DNA of 64,000 nucleotides from Sulfurimonas sp. GTDB taxonomy: Bacteria; Campylobacterota; Campylobacteria; Campylobacterales; Sulfurimonadaceae. The notes under the pieces were generated by a model, which was not told the DNA's origin, ran no database searches, and was given only the letters and a program-made list of their open reading frames with translations. Position numbers and translations under genes: made by a program. Position 1 is the stretch's first letter. Every line of letters starts with the position of its first letter. The stretch is taken from NCBI GenBank assembly GCA_026988235.1, contig JALSLQ010000009.1, positions 5,992 through 69,991 of the forward strand, given 5' to 3'. Positions 46,590-56,561 of the stretch are shown in pieces.

Positions 46590-47882
46590 CTATTTGAAAT
46601 GAACCAATAACATGGAACAAAATTCATCATTTTCGTAAAATTCTACTCTGTAAGTTTTATGACTATTATCAGCTGAATATTTTTTATTCAAACTTTTTAA
46701 AGTTATATCAGTCTGACTCTCGTCTGATTTCCCTTTTTTATAATAACCTATCACATTTACTCGGTAGTTTTTACCTTTAATAACTTTAAAATCGTCATTT
46801 ACATAAAATTCTGAAGCTTTTGGTAAAGAAACTTTTTTACCATCTACAACAAAATCATATTTATCTTGACAATTTCTTGACAATTTAAAGTACTGAGGCT
46901 TCAATATGGTCACTAATCTGTTACCAATATATACTAAATACTTACCTCTTCTTTTTTTCACTTCACCTAATGGATTGGAAAAATAAAACTCATTACTTTT
47001 TGATTTTATCGGAATATAGCTTAAAGATTTTTTTATATTGTTCAAATTTAATAAAAAATTGTGATTTATTACTAAAGTTCCATAATTTTTTATTATTTTA
47101 CTAATTTCTCTTTCATTGAGAGCAAAGTCTCTGTGAAAGGTAATCCCCATTACTTTCATATACTCTTCTATAGCAAGTAACTGATAAAAAACTTTTTGAG
47201 ATAGTGTGGAAAGGTTTTTGCTCGTTTCTATTGCAAAAGCCGGTTTGGAATGTTTTATAGCAAAATAAGTCAAAGACTGTTGCATGGCTTCATTGCCATC
47301 TTTTGTATTTGTATTTTTTACATTAAAACTATGATGCTTTTTTAATAATTTTTTATTAATATTATTTTTTACGGTAAATGCTATATTGTCTAAATCGCCA
47401 AAAGGTTGTGCTCTTAATAATTTGCATTGATCAATAACGCAGGTTTGTCCCCAGGCATCCGGATTGTAAATATTTCCTTCACTTTTTTGACGATAAAATC
47501 CATGCCCATCATGTAGATTTAAAATAAGAGAAATATTTGGTAATACAATAATTTTTTTAATTGCATCAATAATTTTTTTGTCTTTATCATTTTTATTGAT
47601 ATGCAAAAACTTTCGGTTCATATCCCCGTGTATGCCACGCTTGTTGGCAATAATACTTGCTTCATTTAAATTTGGAATTATCCATAAATTTTTTGATGTT
47701 ATTGTATAGTGTGTAGTTAGAATTTCAGGTGCAAAGTACCCACCTGGCTCATTCCCGTGAATACCGCCAATGACTAATAGTGTTGTATTTGAATCACTGT
47801 TTTCTTTTTTGATTAAATCAATATTTGCACTAAGCATAGATGAAAGAATAAGTACTATATATATGTTTAAAAAAAAAGACAT
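46590..47882 (-). CDS. Secreted M14/AstE-AspA-like zinc carboxypeptidase, Pgp1/Csd4-like peptidoglycan peptidase
   Basis: Signal peptide, LLVIGGIHGNEPGG (HxxE zinc motif) and NLHDGHG, about 430 aa. Adjacent to a Csd6/Pgp2-like gene. Confidence 0.55.
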   Translation of the reverse strand: MSFFLNIYIVLILSSMLSANIDLIKKENSDSNTTLLVIGGIHGNEPGGYFAPEILTTHYTITSKNLWIIPNLNEASIIANKRGIHGDMNRKFLHINKNDKDKKIIDAIKKIIVLPNISLILNLHDGHGFYRQKSEGNIYNPDAWGQTCVIDQCKLLRAQPFGDLDNIAFTVKNNINKKLLKKHHSFNVKNTNTKDGNEAMQQSLTYFAIKHSKPAFAIETSKNLSTLSQKVFYQLLAIEEYMKVMGITFHRDFALNEREISKIIKNYGTLVINHNFLLNLNNIKKSLSYIPIKSKSNEFYFSNPLGEVKKRRGKYLVYIGNRLVTILKPQYFKLSRNCQDKYDFVVDGKKVSLPKASEFYVNDDFKVIKGKNYRVNVIGYYKKGKSDESQTDITLKSLNKKYSADNSHKTYRVEFYENDEFCSMLLVHFK

Positions 47883-48881
47883 CTATTTCTCTGTGATTAT
47901 ATTAAGTTCATTATCTTGCAGTTTCACAATTAAGATTTTTCGTCCCTTAAACGAAAAGCTTTTCGATTTATAATCTTCATTAAAGGTTACTCTATATACA
48001 TTTTTTATATTTGGATAACTTACAATGTTGATATTGCGAAATATAATACTTTTAGTTTCATGCTTGTTAAAAACTCTTGTTTTATATTTCTTAAATCTTC
48101 TAAGATTCATTCCATCATATCGTTTAAATTTCGGTGCATAAAAATTAAGATATTTGTCAGTTTCATTGTAAATCCAAGCATAACGCCAAGCATAAAGCTC
48201 AGAAAGAAGCTTTGCAAGTGTCTCTTTTGAAGGGTTTGTATCATCATTTGAATTTTCTCGAATAATCAGTACTGTTTTTTTAATATCTATATTTCTATTC
48301 ATACACTCTATACTTTTATTTTTGATTGCTATACAGCCTTTTGTAAAAGCATCTCTTTCTTGATTTGTTGGAAGTCCATGAATCCATATACCTTGTCCTG
48401 TTTTGCCTTCGTATTTATCATAGAGATTTGGATAGGAAGTAACAAAAGCCATTGGACCGTAAAAGGAATCAACTTTAGATATTTTTTTTACAATATCGTA
48501 AACACCTATAGGTGTTTTGAGATCGCCTTCTCTTTTTTTGTCCCCTTTTAGCTTTCCGGTAAAGGCACTGTACTCTTTTCTAAGCTGATAGGTATTATTT
48601 GCATCTTTTGAATAAATTAAAAGTTCTGATTTTGATTTATCGCATAGTAAAATATTTGTATATGATTCTATATATCCAAATTTTGTGTCTTTATCTTTTA
48701 GGTATTCTTTCCAATAAGCTGTGTCTGTAAGACTTTTATCTAATGTATTTTCAATATTTTTAATACCATGAAGTCTATAGTTGGTTAATATTTCATTGTT
48801 AGAAGCAAAAAGAGTAGTAGAAAGAAAAAAGAGACATAAGCTTGTAATAGCTATGGAATAAAATTTATTTTCCATGATCAT
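47883..48881 (-). CDS. L,D-transpeptidase-fold (YkuD) protein with C-terminal NTF2-like domain, Pgp2/Csd6-like L,D-carboxypeptidase
   Basis: YkuD catalytic block GIWIHGLPTNQERDAFTKGCIAI. Size and domain order resemble Helicobacter Csd6. Confidence 0.7.
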   Translation of the reverse strand: MIMENKFYSIAITSLCLFFLSTTLFASNNEILTNYRLHGIKNIENTLDKSLTDTAYWKEYLKDKDTKFGYIESYTNILLCDKSKSELLIYSKDANNTYQLRKEYSAFTGKLKGDKKREGDLKTPIGVYDIVKKISKVDSFYGPMAFVTSYPNLYDKYEGKTGQGIWIHGLPTNQERDAFTKGCIAIKNKSIECMNRNIDIKKTVLIIRENSNDDTNPSKETLAKLLSELYAWRYAWIYNETDKYLNFYAPKFKRYDGMNLRRFKKYKTRVFNKHETKSIIFRNINIVSYPNIKNVYRVTFNEDYKSKSFSFKGRKILIVKLQDNELNIITEK

Positions 48882-49749
48882 ATCCTATCTCTTTTAAGAA
48901 ATTTTTATCTTTTGTCCAACCTTTTTTGACCGTTACTTGCAGGTTTAAATAAGCTTTTTTTCCGCTGAGTCTTTCTATTTTTTCTCGAGCAGATTTTCCT
49001 ATACGCTTGACTGTTTCACCACCTTTACCAATAATAATGCCCTTTTGCGACTCTTTTTCTATAATAATGGTTGCATAAATTTTGTCTATGTGATTTTCTT
49101 CTTCAATAGAATCAATAATGACATCAGATTCATAAGGGACTTCATCACTAATATTTTCAAAAATAGCTTCGCGAATAAATCCTGCATAAATATCACGCAC
49201 AAGTTCACTTGTTAAATCCTCTGGATCATACAAATAAGGAGAGGGCGGTAAATTTTTTGCAATAGTATCAAGCAAGTCTTTATGACCTACTTTTTTAGCA
49301 ATAGCAACAGGAATAAGTGCTTCAAAATGATTAGCGTATTTATTATATGAGTCAATTCTTTTAAAAAGTTTTTCTTGAGAAACTTGGTCAATTTTACTCA
49401 AAACTATAATATGCTTGACTCTGCCATTATTTATTTTTAAAAATTTTTCATAATGTTGTGTAGCATCAGTAACTGGTGCTAAATAAACAATTAAATCGCA
49501 ATCACCCATTGCTTTGAGTGCTTCATCAAGCATAAACTGATTCAACATTTTCTCTTTTTCATGCAGACCAGGAGTATCTACAAAAATAATTTGTGTATTA
49601 TCATGCATTACAATTGCATTTGATCGTTTTCTTGTTGCATTTGCTTTTTGGCTTACCATCGCAATTTTTTCACCCAAAAGGGAATTCATCAGGGTACTTT
49701 TACCCGCATTTGGGCGTCCAATCAAGGAAACGAAACCAGCTTTAGTCAT
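48865..49749 (-). CDS. era: GTPase Era
   Basis: G1 GRPNAGKST, G3 DTPG, G4 SKID, and a C-terminal KH domain (IIGKGG). Confidence 0.9.
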   Translation of the reverse strand: MTKAGFVSLIGRPNAGKSTLMNSLLGEKIAMVSQKANATRKRSNAIVMHDNTQIIFVDTPGLHEKEKMLNQFMLDEALKAMGDCDLIVYLAPVTDATQHYEKFLKINNGRVKHIIVLSKIDQVSQEKLFKRIDSYNKYANHFEALIPVAIAKKVGHKDLLDTIAKNLPPSPYLYDPEDLTSELVRDIYAGFIREAIFENISDEVPYESDVIIDSIEEENHIDKIYATIIIEKESQKGIIIGKGGETVKRIGKSAREKIERLSGKKAYLNLQVTVKKGWTKDKNFLKEIGYDHGK

Positions 49750-49797
49750 CTACAAACCTTCTTTAATTTATACAGACATAAGTGTCTGCCTTTAGTG

Positions 49798-51126
49798 TTA
49801 TAATATATATCTTGATAAATCTTCATCTTCTACAGCATCATCCAATCGCTCATGTACAAGTTCGGCCGTAATGATGAATTCCTTGCCATTATATTCATCA
49901 GCATTAAAGCTAATATCTTCAAGTATTCTCTCAAGTATAGTATGTAAACGCCTTGCACCTATATCTTCAGCAGTTTCATTGGCTCTGTGTGAAAGTTTTG
50001 CAATAGCTCTTACTGCATCATCTTCAAAGATTAATGTCAAACCCTCAACAGCCAAAAGCGCTTGATATTGTTTGAGTAGAGAGTTTTGTGTTTGCGTTAA
50101 AATCAGATAAAGAGTCTCTTCTGTGAGTGCTTCTAATTCTACGCGAAGAGGAAATCTTCCTTGTAATTCGGGAATTAAATCACTTGGTTTACTAACATGA
50201 AAAGCGCCTGCTGCGATGAAAAGTATATGGTCAGTATTTATTGTGCCATATTTTGTTGAAACACTGCTTCCTTCTACAATAGGAAGTAAATCTCTTTGCA
50301 CTCCCTCTTTTGAAGGATCATTTCTGCCCTGACTTTTTTCACTCAGCGCAATTTTATCTATTTCATCGAGAAAAATAATTCCACCGTTTTCGGCTCGTCT
50401 GAGAGCTTCGGCATTGACTCTTGTCATATCCAACAGTTTATTGCTTGCTTCTTGACGAAGTAGCATTTTGGCATCTTTTACTGTTACTTCTTTTTTGTTG
50501 TCTTCTTTGTTGATAGTAGCAAATACTTTGGAAAAACTCTCTTGCACTTTTGCCATTTCTGGAGGCAGATTCGTATCATTGAACTCTATATTGAGTTTTT
50601 CAATTTCAAGTTCAATGATTTTGTCATCCATTTCTCCTGACGCTAGGCGTTTTTCCATAGCTTCAAGCAGTCTTTGGTAATCATCTTTTTTACTCTCACT
50701 TGCACCTTTAGGAAGAGGAGGTAGTAATTTTTCCGTAATTTTATTGATGATGTAGTTTTGGATTTTTTCTTTATTTGCTTCTTCTTGTTCTGCCTTTACA
50801 ATGCTGATGGAATTGACTACTAAATCACGAATCATAGACTCGACATCACGACCGACAAAACCTACTTCCGTATATTTACTTGCTTCTACTTTTACAAAAG
50901 GCACTTTCATCATTTTTGCCAGACGACGGGAAATTTCAGTTTTTCCGACACCTGTTGAACCAATCATTAAAATATTTTTAGGTGTAATTTCACTTTTAAG
51001 TTCATCGTTAAGTTGCAAACGCCTGTAACGCGTGCGAAGTGCTAATGCAATTGTTTTCTTTGCATCTTTTTGGGCAATGACATATTTATCTAAATATTCT
51101 ACAATTTCTTTAGGTGTTAAATTCAC
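49798..51126 (-). CDS. hslU: ATP-dependent protease ATPase subunit HslU
   Basis: TPKEIV...YVIAQ..AK start, Walker A GSTGVGKTEI, Walker B IIFLDEIDK. GTG start overlapping the hslV stop. Confidence 0.95.
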   Translation of the reverse strand: MNLTPKEIVEYLDKYVIAQKDAKKTIALALRTRYRRLQLNDELKSEITPKNILMIGSTGVGKTEISRRLAKMMKVPFVKVEASKYTEVGFVGRDVESMIRDLVVNSISIVKAEQEEANKEKIQNYIINKITEKLLPPLPKGASESKKDDYQRLLEAMEKRLASGEMDDKIIELEIEKLNIEFNDTNLPPEMAKVQESFSKVFATINKEDNKKEVTVKDAKMLLRQEASNKLLDMTRVNAEALRRAENGGIIFLDEIDKIALSEKSQGRNDPSKEGVQRDLLPIVEGSSVSTKYGTINTDHILFIAAGAFHVSKPSDLIPELQGRFPLRVELEALTEETLYLILTQTQNSLLKQYQALLAVEGLTLIFEDDAVRAIAKLSHRANETAEDIGARRLHTILERILEDISFNADEYNGKEFIITAELVHERLDDAVEDEDLSRYIL

Positions 51127-51668
51127 TATTTATCTCCATCTAACATAAGCGTTTTTATATTATGATTTGTATATATACATAAATCGGCAGCAATATGTAA
51201 AGATTCTTTTATAAGTTCTTCTTCATCAAGAGAGGCATGCTTTTTCAATGCGCGTGCAGCCGAAATAGCAAAATTTCCTCCACTTCCTATAGCGGCAATC
51301 TCTCCATCTTCGGGCTCAACAACATCACCGTTTCCAGTAAGTATAAAAATATGTTCTTGATTTAAAACAATCATCATAGCTTCAAGACGGCGTAGGACTT
51401 TGTCTTTTCGCCAAGCCTTAGAAAACTCAACAACGGACTTGAGTAAATCCCCTTTTTTGTTTTCTAAGAACTCTTCAAACATATCAAAGAGGTTAAAAGC
51501 ATCAGCAGTGCTTCCTGCAAAACCGGCTAAGATTTTACCGTGATGCAGTCTGCGAATTTTTGTTGCATTGCCCTTTAGAACACTGTCTCCGAAGGTGACT
51601 TGCCCGTCACCGCCGATAACAGCTTTGTTTTGACCTTTGTAAGCCAGTATAGTAGTAGCATCAAACAT
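51126..51668 (-). CDS. hslV: ATP-dependent protease subunit HslV
   Basis: N-terminal MFDATTIL (Thr nucleophile after processing) and GSGGNFA. Confidence 0.95.
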   Translation of the reverse strand: MFDATTILAYKGQNKAVIGGDGQVTFGDSVLKGNATKIRRLHHGKILAGFAGSTADAFNLFDMFEEFLENKKGDLLKSVVEFSKAWRKDKVLRRLEAMMIVLNQEHIFILTGNGDVVEPEDGEIAAIGSGGNFAISAARALKKHASLDEEELIKESLHIAADLCIYTNHNIKTLMLDGDK

Positions 51669-51674
51669 TAATTC

Positions 51675-52121
51675 TTATTCTCCCTGAACATCTACATGGA
51701 GTTTTGCATGGATACCGTGACCGAGTTTTAAATCTAAATCATGTTCACCGATTGTTTTAATGACAGCTTTGTCGGTAATAGCTTTTTTGTCTATTTCAAT
51801 ATTATGTTGTTCTTTGAGTGCGAGGGCTACCTCTTCTTTTGTAATAGCACCAAAAAGATGACCATTGTTTCCCACTTTTTTTGTAATGATAACTTCAAGT
51901 TTATCCAGTTTTTGTGCTATCTCTTTCAGTCTTGCAATCTCTGCTGCTTCTTCGGCTTTTAATCTTTCTTGTTCAGCTTTATGCTCAGCCAAAATCTCAG
52001 GTGTTGCATGTTTCGCAAAGCCTTTGCCTATTAAAAAGTTTTTTCCATATCCGTCTTTGACTTCTTTTACTTCACCGGCTTTACCTAAACTTTTTACATC
52101 TTTTATTAATAATACTTTCAT
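51675..52121 (-). CDS. rplI: 50S ribosomal protein L9
   Basis: MKVLLIKDVKSLGKAGEVKEVKDGYGKNFL is the canonical L9 N-terminus. I prefer the ATG at 52121 over the TTG at 52124. Confidence 0.9.
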   Translation of the reverse strand: MKVLLIKDVKSLGKAGEVKEVKDGYGKNFLIGKGFAKHATPEILAEHKAEQERLKAEEAAEIARLKEIAQKLDKLEVIITKKVGNNGHLFGAITKEEVALALKEQHNIEIDKKAITDKAVIKTIGEHDLDLKLGHGIHAKLHVDVQGE

Positions 52122-52142
52122 CAATATTTCCTATTTTTTATA

Positions 52143-52880
52143 TTATCTTTCTATTTCACTTGGATAGGCGACGATACCATTTGTTAAGTTGCCTATTTTG
52201 CTATATCCGTTGTCTGTAAGGATTCTTGCTACATGTGCCGAACGACTTCCTACATGACAATATAAGATGATATTTTCATCTTTTGCATAATTTGTTTCTT
52301 CCCATGTCTGAAAAAAAGAGCTTGTTGGGACAAGCTTATCAGCACCTTTAATGTGACCCATTTGCCATTCCATATATTCGCGTACATCGACAAGTTTAAA
52401 GTTGACCATGCCAAGTTCTCTTGCTTCAAGGAGAGAAACCAATTCATCACCGTCTAATTCGTCTTTGTTGACAAGCATTTCACATTCTTCTTTGGTAAGT
52501 CCTCTAGAATGCGTGTGTGCTGCTTCTTCCATACCTAACTCAATACGCTTTTTTTCTGCAAACTCTGGAGTACAGAAAATTCCACAGTGACAGACACCGC
52601 CTTCAGGAATTTCTTTCTCAATAGCCGGTTTACAAGGACAAATTCTGTCATCAACTGATTTTGGTTTTCCATCAACTTCTTCAACCATAAAACAAGGGCA
52701 AAATCTTTTTTTGTACATCATTTTGTTACGGGCAAGACCCATTTGTACACCTTCGTTTACATCTTCTTGCGGATTATAAACCCAACCGAACTGTGCATTT
52801 ACCTTATCTGTAAATTTTATTGTTTTTTCTAATTCTGCCTGAAATTCTGGTGAATTCATGTCAATTTTAATCATACTCAT
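52143..52880 (-). CDS. Fusion of a ferredoxin:thioredoxin reductase catalytic-subunit-like domain with a rhodanese domain
   Basis: CPC...CPC...CHC cysteine pattern (CPCFMVEE...ICPCKPAIEKEIPEGGVCHCGIFC) followed by a rhodanese active-site loop (LYCHVGSRS). Confidence 0.7.
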   Translation of the reverse strand: MSMIKIDMNSPEFQAELEKTIKFTDKVNAQFGWVYNPQEDVNEGVQMGLARNKMMYKKRFCPCFMVEEVDGKPKSVDDRICPCKPAIEKEIPEGGVCHCGIFCTPEFAEKKRIELGMEEAAHTHSRGLTKEECEMLVNKDELDGDELVSLLEARELGMVNFKLVDVREYMEWQMGHIKGADKLVPTSSFFQTWEETNYAKDENIILYCHVGSRSAHVARILTDNGYSKIGNLTNGIVAYPSEIER

Positions 52881-52889
52881 ATCTCTTTC

Positions 52890-54116
52890 CTATTTATTTT
52901 TGAATTTGTTTCTTGCTTTACCTTCAATGATAAAACGCAATGCATTAAGTTTTATAAAACCTTCTGCATCTTTTTGATTATAGACTTCATCTTCTTCAAA
53001 AGTTGAATATTCAGGATTGAAAAGTGACACATCAGAGCTTCTTCCAACTACCGTAACATTTCCTTTATAAAGTTTTAATCGTACAGTCCCTTCGACCCAT
53101 TTTTGTGTTTGGTCTATGGCTGCTTGTAACATTTCTCGTTCAGGTGCAAACCAAAAACCATTGTAAATAAGTTTTGCATAACGAGGCATCATTTCATCTT
53201 TTAAATGTGCTGCTTCGCGGTCAAGCGTAATTGATTCTATTGCACGATGTGCTTTGAGCATAATCGTTCCACCCGGCGTTTCATAACATCCACGGGCTTT
53301 CATACCGACAAAACGGTTTTCAACGATGTCAACACGACCAATTCCATGTTTATTACCATATTCATTTAATGTTTTTAGCATAGTAGCAGGTGAAAGGTTT
53401 TCTCCGTTAATCGCAATCGGGTCACCATTTTTGTACTCAATTTCTATATATTCTGGAGTGTCGGGTGCTTTCTCAGGTGCAGTTGTCCATAGCCACATAG
53501 ACTCTTCTGGTTCAGCAGAGGGGTCTTCTAAAATACCGCCTTCATAAGAGATATGAAGCAGATTTGCATCCATTGAATAAGGAGATTTTTTCCCTTTTTT
53601 CTCAATTTGAATACCATGCTCAGCAGCATAGGCTAAAAGTTTTTCACGAGAGTTTAAATTCCATTCACGCCATGGTGCAATGATTGTAAGTGTAGAATCT
53701 TGTCCGAGGTAGCCCATTTCAAAACGCACTTGGTCATTCCCTTTACCTGTTGCACCATGAGATACACCGTCAGCACCGGTAATTTTTGCAATTTCTGCTT
53801 GTCGTTTTGCAATCAAAGGACGGGCAATAGAAGTTCCAAGAAGATACTCGCCTTCATAAATTGCATTCGCTCGAAACATTGGGAAAACAAAATCTTTTAC
53901 AAATTCCTCGCGCAAATCATCAATAAAAATATTTTCAGGTTTAATGCCAAGTTCAAGTGCTTTTATGCGTGCGGGTTCAAGCTCCTCGCCTTGTCCTAAA
54001 TCTGCCGTAAATGTAACAACTTCGCATTTGTATTCATCTTGTAGCCATTTTAATATAACGCTGGTATCAAGTCCGCCAGAGTATGCCAAAACAACTTTTT
54101 TAACACTTTTCTTCAT
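52890..54116 (-). CDS. argG: Argininosuccinate synthase
   Basis: [12 protein letters not shown]-loop, [14 protein letters not shown], about 408 aa. Confidence 0.95.
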   Translation of the reverse strand: MKKSVKKVVLAYSGGLDTSVILKWLQDEYKCEVVTFTADLGQGEELEPARIKALELGIKPENIFIDDLREEFVKDFVFPMFRANAIYEGEYLLGTSIARPLIAKRQAEIAKITGADGVSHGATGKGNDQVRFEMGYLGQDSTLTIIAPWREWNLNSREKLLAYAAEHGIQIEKKGKKSPYSMDANLLHISYEGGILEDPSAEPEESMWLWTTAPEKAPDTPEYIEIEYKNGDPIAINGENLSPATMLKTLNEYGNKHGIGRVDIVENRFVGMKARGCYETPGGTIMLKAHRAIESITLDREAAHLKDEMMPRYAKLIYNGFWFAPEREMLQAAIDQTQKWVEGTVRLKLYKGNVTVVGRSSDVSLFNPEYSTFEEDEVYNQKDAEGFIKLNALRFIIEGKARNKFKNK

Positions 54117-54247
54117 GTAAAAAACCTTTGATAATAAAATAATTACCGCGATTATAGCTAAAAATAGGTGAGAAGTTTCTTATGAGTTTTGCATTTGTTT
54201 TTTTTAGTAAAGATTACTAAAGATATGGTTACATGTAAAGAACAATC

Positions 54248-54649
54248 TTACCCTTTGGAATCAAATAAAATTCCGCTAACCTCTTGCATTTTTGGTAAAA
54301 ATTCATGTGCTTGCTCAGCCGGAAACCTGCGAATCATTTTGTCTGTTTTTGTGTCAATTGCAGCTACATAAAATATATCATTCTTATCCACGCCGAATTT
54401 TATATTTGTATTGAGTGGTGCAAGTGCGTCATTGAGTTGTTTTACCAAATCTTCAACACTCTCTTTTGAATCCATTTTTTTTGCACTGTTTATTGCAGAA
54501 TTTTGCATCTCTTTACTTGCATCAGACTGTTTTGTACTTGTCTGTGTACTGTTTTGAACTTGCTGTGATTGATTTTGTGTTCTTCCTTGAACCTCTGCAG
54601 AAGCTACCTGTGATTGTTGTTGTCTTGCAACATTTGCAATGCCATCCAT
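54248..54649 (-). CDS. flaG: Flagellar protein FlaG
   Basis: Gln/Ser-rich N-terminus and a FlaG-type C-terminus (LNDALAPLNTNIKFGVDKNDIFYVAAIDTKTDKMIRRFP). GAGGAG RBS. Confidence 0.75.
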   Translation of the reverse strand: MDGIANVARQQQSQVASAEVQGRTQNQSQQVQNSTQTSTKQSDASKEMQNSAINSAKKMDSKESVEDLVKQLNDALAPLNTNIKFGVDKNDIFYVAAIDTKTDKMIRRFPAEQAHEFLPKMQEVSGILFDSKG

Positions 54650-54685
54650 GACATACTCCTCTTAAAAGTATAATTATTAATGATA

Positions 54686-54712
54686 AAATCGACAAATAAT
54701 TTAATAACTTTA
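54686..54712 (-). promoter_or_regulatory. Candidate sigma-28 (FliA) promoter TAAAGTTA-N11-GTCGATTT
   Basis: The minus strand reads cTAAAGTTAttaaattatttGTCGATTTta. Compare the enterobacterial consensus TAAAGTTT-N11-GCCGATAA. The -10 element ends 36 nt before the flaG ATG. Confidence 0.5.
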
Positions 54713-54767
54713 GAAAAATATTTGATTTTTTTGTTTATCCTAAAAATTTTATGATAATCTTGCGCTT

Positions 54768-55973
54768 ATGAAAGAATATATAACACTTTTAAAAGAAGAA
54801 AAAGTACTCAGACAACTCTCTGTCATTCAGCTTATTTCTTATTTTGGCGCTTGGTTTTCTAATGTTGCTATTTACACTTTGTTGATTCAAATGAATGTTG
54901 CAGCTTCTGTGGTTGCTTTTGTTGCGATGCTGAATTTTTTGGCAGGTGTAATTCAAGCACCATTTTCAGGTCCTGTTATAGATAGAGTGAGCCCGAAAAA
55001 ATTGATGTTAACGCTCATTGTGGTTGAAATTTTGGCTACAGTATCTTTAGTGTTTATCACTCAGCTCTCGGATCTAGTATTCTTATATGTGCTGATATTT
55101 TTCAAAATGGCAGCCGCTTCGTTTTATTTTACGACAGAGATGTCACTTTTACCAAAAATTCTTCATGGTGATAAATTACGGCGTTCTAATGAATTACACT
55201 CCATTATTTGGTCATTATCTTATACATTAGGGATGGCAGTGAGTGGTTTTGTTGTGTATTGGTTTGGCATAAAAACAGCATTTTTATTTGATAGTTTTAT
55301 GTTTATAGTAGCTTTTGTTTTACTTTATGGTACTGAGATAAGAATTGAAATACTTCATATTGAAGAAAATATTTTTGCTATGATACAAGAAACTTTTGTG
55401 TATTTAAAAGGGAATCCTAAAGCCTTGCATTTGATGGTTCTTCATTCCTTTGTCGGCTTAACGGCATTTGATGCTTTGGTGGCGCTGATGGTAGATGAAT
55501 ATTATGCTTCCATCATAGCAACATCACTCGCACTTGGATTATTACACTCAGCACGGGCAATAGGACTTGTCATAGGTCCTATATTTATCGGAAAGTGGAT
55601 AAATAATAAAAGACTCATTTATATATTTATAGCACAGGGTTTGGCTGTTTGGCTATGGGCTTTTGTAATGCATAATTTTTACCTTTCTCTAGCAGCAAGT
55701 GTCGTTGTAGGCTTTTTTACGACGACCTTGTGGTCTTACAGCTATACGCTTTTGCAAAAAAATATAGAAAAAAAATATTATGGGCGTATAGTTGCTTACA
55801 ATGATATGTTGTTCTTGTCTTCAGCTGCTTTTACATCCTATATGATAGGCTTTTTTGCAACACATTCATTTTCTTTAGAGGCAATTACGGTTATAATGGG
55901 CAGTGGTTTTTTTATAGGTGCGATTTACTATAAATATGTAATACAAAGTCAAAATATAAAAGAGATTTCATGA
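54768..55973 (+). CDS. MFS transporter (12 TM)
   Basis: 401 aa with 12 predicted TM helices. Loop motif GPVIDRVSPKKLM between TM2 and TM3. Confidence 0.8.
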   Translation: MKEYITLLKEEKVLRQLSVIQLISYFGAWFSNVAIYTLLIQMNVAASVVAFVAMLNFLAGVIQAPFSGPVIDRVSPKKLMLTLIVVEILATVSLVFITQLSDLVFLYVLIFFKMAAASFYFTTEMSLLPKILHGDKLRRSNELHSIIWSLSYTLGMAVSGFVVYWFGIKTAFLFDSFMFIVAFVLLYGTEIRIEILHIEENIFAMIQETFVYLKGNPKALHLMVLHSFVGLTAFDALVALMVDEYYASIIATSLALGLLHSARAIGLVIGPIFIGKWINNKRLIYIFIAQGLAVWLWAFVMHNFYLSLAASVVVGFFTTTLWSYSYTLLQKNIEKKYYGRIVAYNDMLFLSSAAFTSYMIGFFATHSFSLEAITVIMGSGFFIGAIYYKYVIQSQNIKEIS

Positions 55974-56218
55974 TGAGTTTTGCAATTTTCGGTGGGTTAC
56001 TGTTAAATATCGGTGCGTATCTTACTTATAAGGGGAAGATTTATCAGGCAGTTATTGTTTATCTTTTTGCGGATATTTGCTGGATTGTGATGGCAGTGCA
56101 AAAAGATGATCTGATTGGTGCAGGTTTTATTGTAGTAGGCACGATATTTGGCTTTTTGGCATATTTGAAGATGAAAGAGGGTGCGATGAGCAAAAATTTA
56201 CAAGAGGTAGACGAATGA
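55970..56218 (+). CDS. Small 3-TM membrane protein
   Basis: Track ORF. 4-nt overlaps with both neighbours suggest cotranslation with the MFS gene. Confidence 0.5.
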   Translation: MMSFAIFGGLLLNIGAYLTYKGKIYQAVIVYLFADICWIVMAVQKDDLIGAGFIVVGTIFGFLAYLKMKEGAMSKNLQEVDE

Positions 56219-56487
56219 TTTACAAATCAAAAGAGGGTGACATCAGTTTAGAAAATTTAACACGCTTGTACGGTGCAGTCGTGATAGATATGCAAGGTGA
56301 AATTGCCGAAATGAGTTTGGAGTGGTTTGATTTGTACGGTGAGAAAGTAAAGTTGATACATTATGTGCTTGTATTTGATTATACGCCACCGGGAGAAAGA
56401 CAAAGAGATAAAAAAGTCTTGGAATTTGCAACAAAAGAGGCACTGATAGAGACGATGCAAGAGGTAGCACAATTTTTTCAAAAATAA
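56215..56487 (+). CDS. Hypothetical soluble 90-aa protein
   Basis: Track ORF with an overlapped start. No recognisable family. Confidence 0.45.
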   Translation: MIYKSKEGDISLENLTRLYGAVVIDMQGEIAEMSLEWFDLYGEKVKLIHYVLVFDYTPPGERQRDKKVLEFATKEALIETMQEVAQFFQK

Positions 56488-56561
56488 TTTCACAAGATAC
56501 TAAAAAAGTCCTCTCCCTTGCCTTTCCTGCAGCACTCAAACATCTTGTAGATATTTTACAG

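Noticed and set aside
54141-54148. AATTACCG octamer identical to the inner part of the MITE TIR, in the argG-flaG gap
   Set aside because: It is only 8 bp with no adjacent hairpin unit or second end, which is compatible with chance.
56461-56487. Possible -1 programmed frameshift at TTTTTTCAAAAATAA fusing the 90-aa ORF to the MATE frame
   Set aside because: In the 90-aa frame the T and A runs do not form an X-XXY-YYZ heptamer (A-TTT-TTT, T-CAA-AAA). No downstream structure is evident. A soluble 90-aa domain fused to MATE TM1 has no precedent that I know of.
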